Below, piece after piece: positions 61,325 to 64,000 of a stretch of DNA of 64,000 bases. Every line of letters begins with the position of its first letter. Positions within the stretch are counted from its first letter, which is position 1. This DNA comes from Mobula hypostoma (lineage: Eukaryota), in the NCBI RefSeq assembly GCF_963921235.1, contig NC_086109.1, forward strand, positions 8,434,001 through 8,498,000, given 5' to 3'. The position numbers were made by a program, and so were the translations under genes. Below the pieces are notes generated by a model. It had not been told where the DNA came from, did not search any database, and saw nothing but the letters and a program-made list of their open reading frames with translations.

Positions 61325-63365
61325 ACCATGGATGGAAAGGGAAGTCAAGGACAGTATAAAAATAAAAGAGTAGAAGTATAACACAGCAAGGATGAGTGGG
61401 AAGCCAGAGGATTGGGAGACTTTTAAGGAGCAACAGAAGATAAATAAAAAGGCAATATGGAGGGGGGGGGGAAGATGAGGTACGAAAGTAAGCTAGCCAA
61501 AAATATAAAGGAGGATAATAAAAGCTTCGTTAGGTATGTGAAGAGGAAAAAATTAGTTAAGACCAAAGTTGGGCCCTTGAAGACAGAAACGGGTGAAATT
61601 ATTATGGGGAACAAGGAAATGGCAGATGAGCTGAACAGGTACTTTGGATATGTCTTCACTAGGGAAGACACAATCAATCTCCCAGATGTAATAGTGGCCA
61701 GAGGACCTAGGGTAACAGAGTAACTGAAGGAAATTCACATCAGGCAGAAAATGGTGTTGGGTAAACTGATGGGACTGAAGGTTGACAAATCCCCAGGGCC
61801 TGATGGTCTGCATCCCAGGGTACTTAAGGAGGTGGCTCTAGAAATCGTGGACGCATTGGTAATCATTTTCCAATGTTCTATAGATTCAGGATCAGTTCCT
61901 GCGGATTGGTGGGTAGCTATTGTTATCCCACTTTTTAAGAAAGGAGGGAGAGAGAAAACAGGCAATTATAGGCCAGTTAGCCTGACATCAGTGGTGGGGA
62001 AGATGCTGGAATCAATTATAAAAGATGTAATAGCGGCATATTTGGATAGCAGTAGCAGGATAGGTCAGAGTCAGCATGGATTTACGAAGGGGAAATCATG
62101 CTTGACTAATCTTCTGGAATTTTTTGAGAATGTAACTATGAAAATGGATACGGGAAAGCCAGTGGATGTAGTGTACCTGGACTTTCAGAAAGCCTTTGAT
62201 AAGGTCCCACATAGGAAGTTATTGTGCAAAATTAGAGCACATGGTATTGGGGGTAGGGTACTGACATGGACAGAAAATTGGTTGGCAGACAGGAAACAAA
62301 GAGTAGGGATTAATAGGTCCTTTTCAGAATGGCAGGCAGTGACTAGTGGGGTACCGCAAGGCTCGGTGCTGGGACCGCAGCTATTTATAATATACATTAA
62401 TGATTTAGATGAAGGGATTAAAAGTAACATTAGCAAATTTGCTGATGACACAAAGCTGGGTGGCAGTGTGAAATGTGAGGAGGATGTTATGAGAATGCAG
62501 GGTGACTTGGACAGGTTGGGTGAGTGGGCAGATGCATGGCAGATGCAGTTTAATGTGGATAAATGTGAGATTATCCACTTTGGTGGCAAGAACAGGAAGG
62601 CAGATTACTATCTAAATGGTGTCAAGTTAGGAAAAGGGGAAGTACAACGAGATCTAGGTGTCTGTTTATCAGTCACTGAAAGTAAGCATGCAGGTACAGC
62701 AGGCAGTGAAGAAAGCTAATGGTATGTTGGCCTTCATAAAAAAGGGAGTTGAGTATAGGAGCAAAGAGGTCCTTCTGCAGTTGTACAGGGCCCTGGTGAG
62801 ACCACACCTGGAGTATTGTGTACAGTTTTGGTCTCCAAATTTGAGGAAGGACATTCTTGCTATTGAGGGAGTGCAGCATAGGTTCACAAGGTTGATTCCC
62901 GGGATGGCGGGACTGTCATATGTTGAAAGATTGGAGCGACTGGGGTTGTATACACTGGAATTTAGAAGGATGAGAGGGGATCTGATAGAAACATATAAGA
63001 TTATTAGGGGGGGGATTGGACAAGCTAGAGGCAGGAAACATGTTCCTGATGTTGGGGGAGTCCAGAACCAGAGGTCACAATTTAAGAATAAGGGGTAGAC
63101 AATTTAGAACGGAGTAAAGGAAAAACTTTTTCACACAGAGGGTTGTGGTTCTGTGGAATGCTCTGCCTCAGGAGGCAGTGGAGGCCAATTCTCCGGATTC
63201 TTTCAAAAAGGAGTTAGGTAGAGTTCTTAAAGATAGCAGAGTGAAGGGATATGGGGAGAAGGCAGGAAAAGGGTACTGATTGTGGATGATCAGCCATGAT
63301 CACAGTGAATGGTAGTGCTGGCTCGAAGGGCTGAATGGCCTGCTCCTGCACCTATTGTCTATTGA
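61325..63365 (+). mobile_element. CR1 LINE, 5'-truncated ORF2 with few disablements and a complete 3' end
   Basis: ORFs 61457-61723, 61751-62719 and 62658-63098: KSPGPDGLHPRVLKE, NYRPVSLTSVVGK, YLDFQKAFDKVPH, SGVPQGSVLGP, KFADDTKLGG; tail CTATTGTCTATTG. Confidence 0.95.
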
Positions 63366-64000
63366 CATGCCCCCTTCTCATTTGCTACCATCAAAAAGGA
63401 GGTACAGGAGCCTGAAGACACACACTCAATGTTTCAGGAACAGCAACCCTAGCCTAATCAGAGGTCAATTTACAATGACCAATTGATCTACTAATCGGTA
63501 CATCTTTGGACTGTGGCAGGAAACCGAAGCTCCCGGAGGAAACCCACATGCACACGAGGAGAACATACAAACTTCATTACAGAGGACCCCAGAACCGAAC
63601 TCTGAACTTTAACCCCCTCCCCCCAGCGTTGTGCTAACTGGTACTCTACTCTGGTGCCCATATGCATTTGTCCTTGAATCATACAGCTTGCTAGAACATC
63701 CCATAATCAGGTAAAAACCATCTAGATGAGTGTGAAGACAAAGGAGGCTCCAGATAAACGGCATGTTTCAGGTCAAAACCCAACCATTGCTCTGAGCAGA
63801 AGGAACATTCCTCTGAATATCAATGAGAACTATACAGAACAAAAGGAAAACAACAAAAACTAGGACATCAGGGCCGCTAACTGAAACGCTCCAACTAAAA
63901 CCCCCAGTGCTGACAATGCTGCTTGGAACCTGCGACTTAATACCAAATTAATACCGCAAACACGAGGAAATCTGCAGATGCTGGAATTTCAAGCAACACA

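Overview
Repeat-saturated eukaryotic DNA, most likely intronic or intergenic sequence from a cartilaginous fish (shark/ray, probably a batoid; inferred from HE1/V-SINE-type SINEs together with CR1, Rex1/Babar, RTE, Penelope and Gypsy relics). I found no intact host protein-coding gene, and nearly all ORFs in the track are transposon fragments or their antisense shadows. Main observations: (1) A two-LTR Gypsy element (3008-7617, minus) whose RT/RNaseH/integrase region is replaced by an intronless fragment of the splicing-factor gene RBM25, i.e. apparent LTR-mediated capture of a cellular mRNA, later split by a Rex1 insertion. (2) A dispersed family of Penelope-derived termini carrying minimal type I hammerhead ribozyme motifs with an ACGU palindromic stem III, several arranged as inverted pairs. 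(3) A ~32-bp G.U-containing pri-miRNA-like hairpin in unique sequence (1856-1944). (4) Unique-sequence islands with strong CTCF and NF-kB motifs. All family names and homologies come from my recognition of motifs, not database searches, and many repeat boundaries are approximate.
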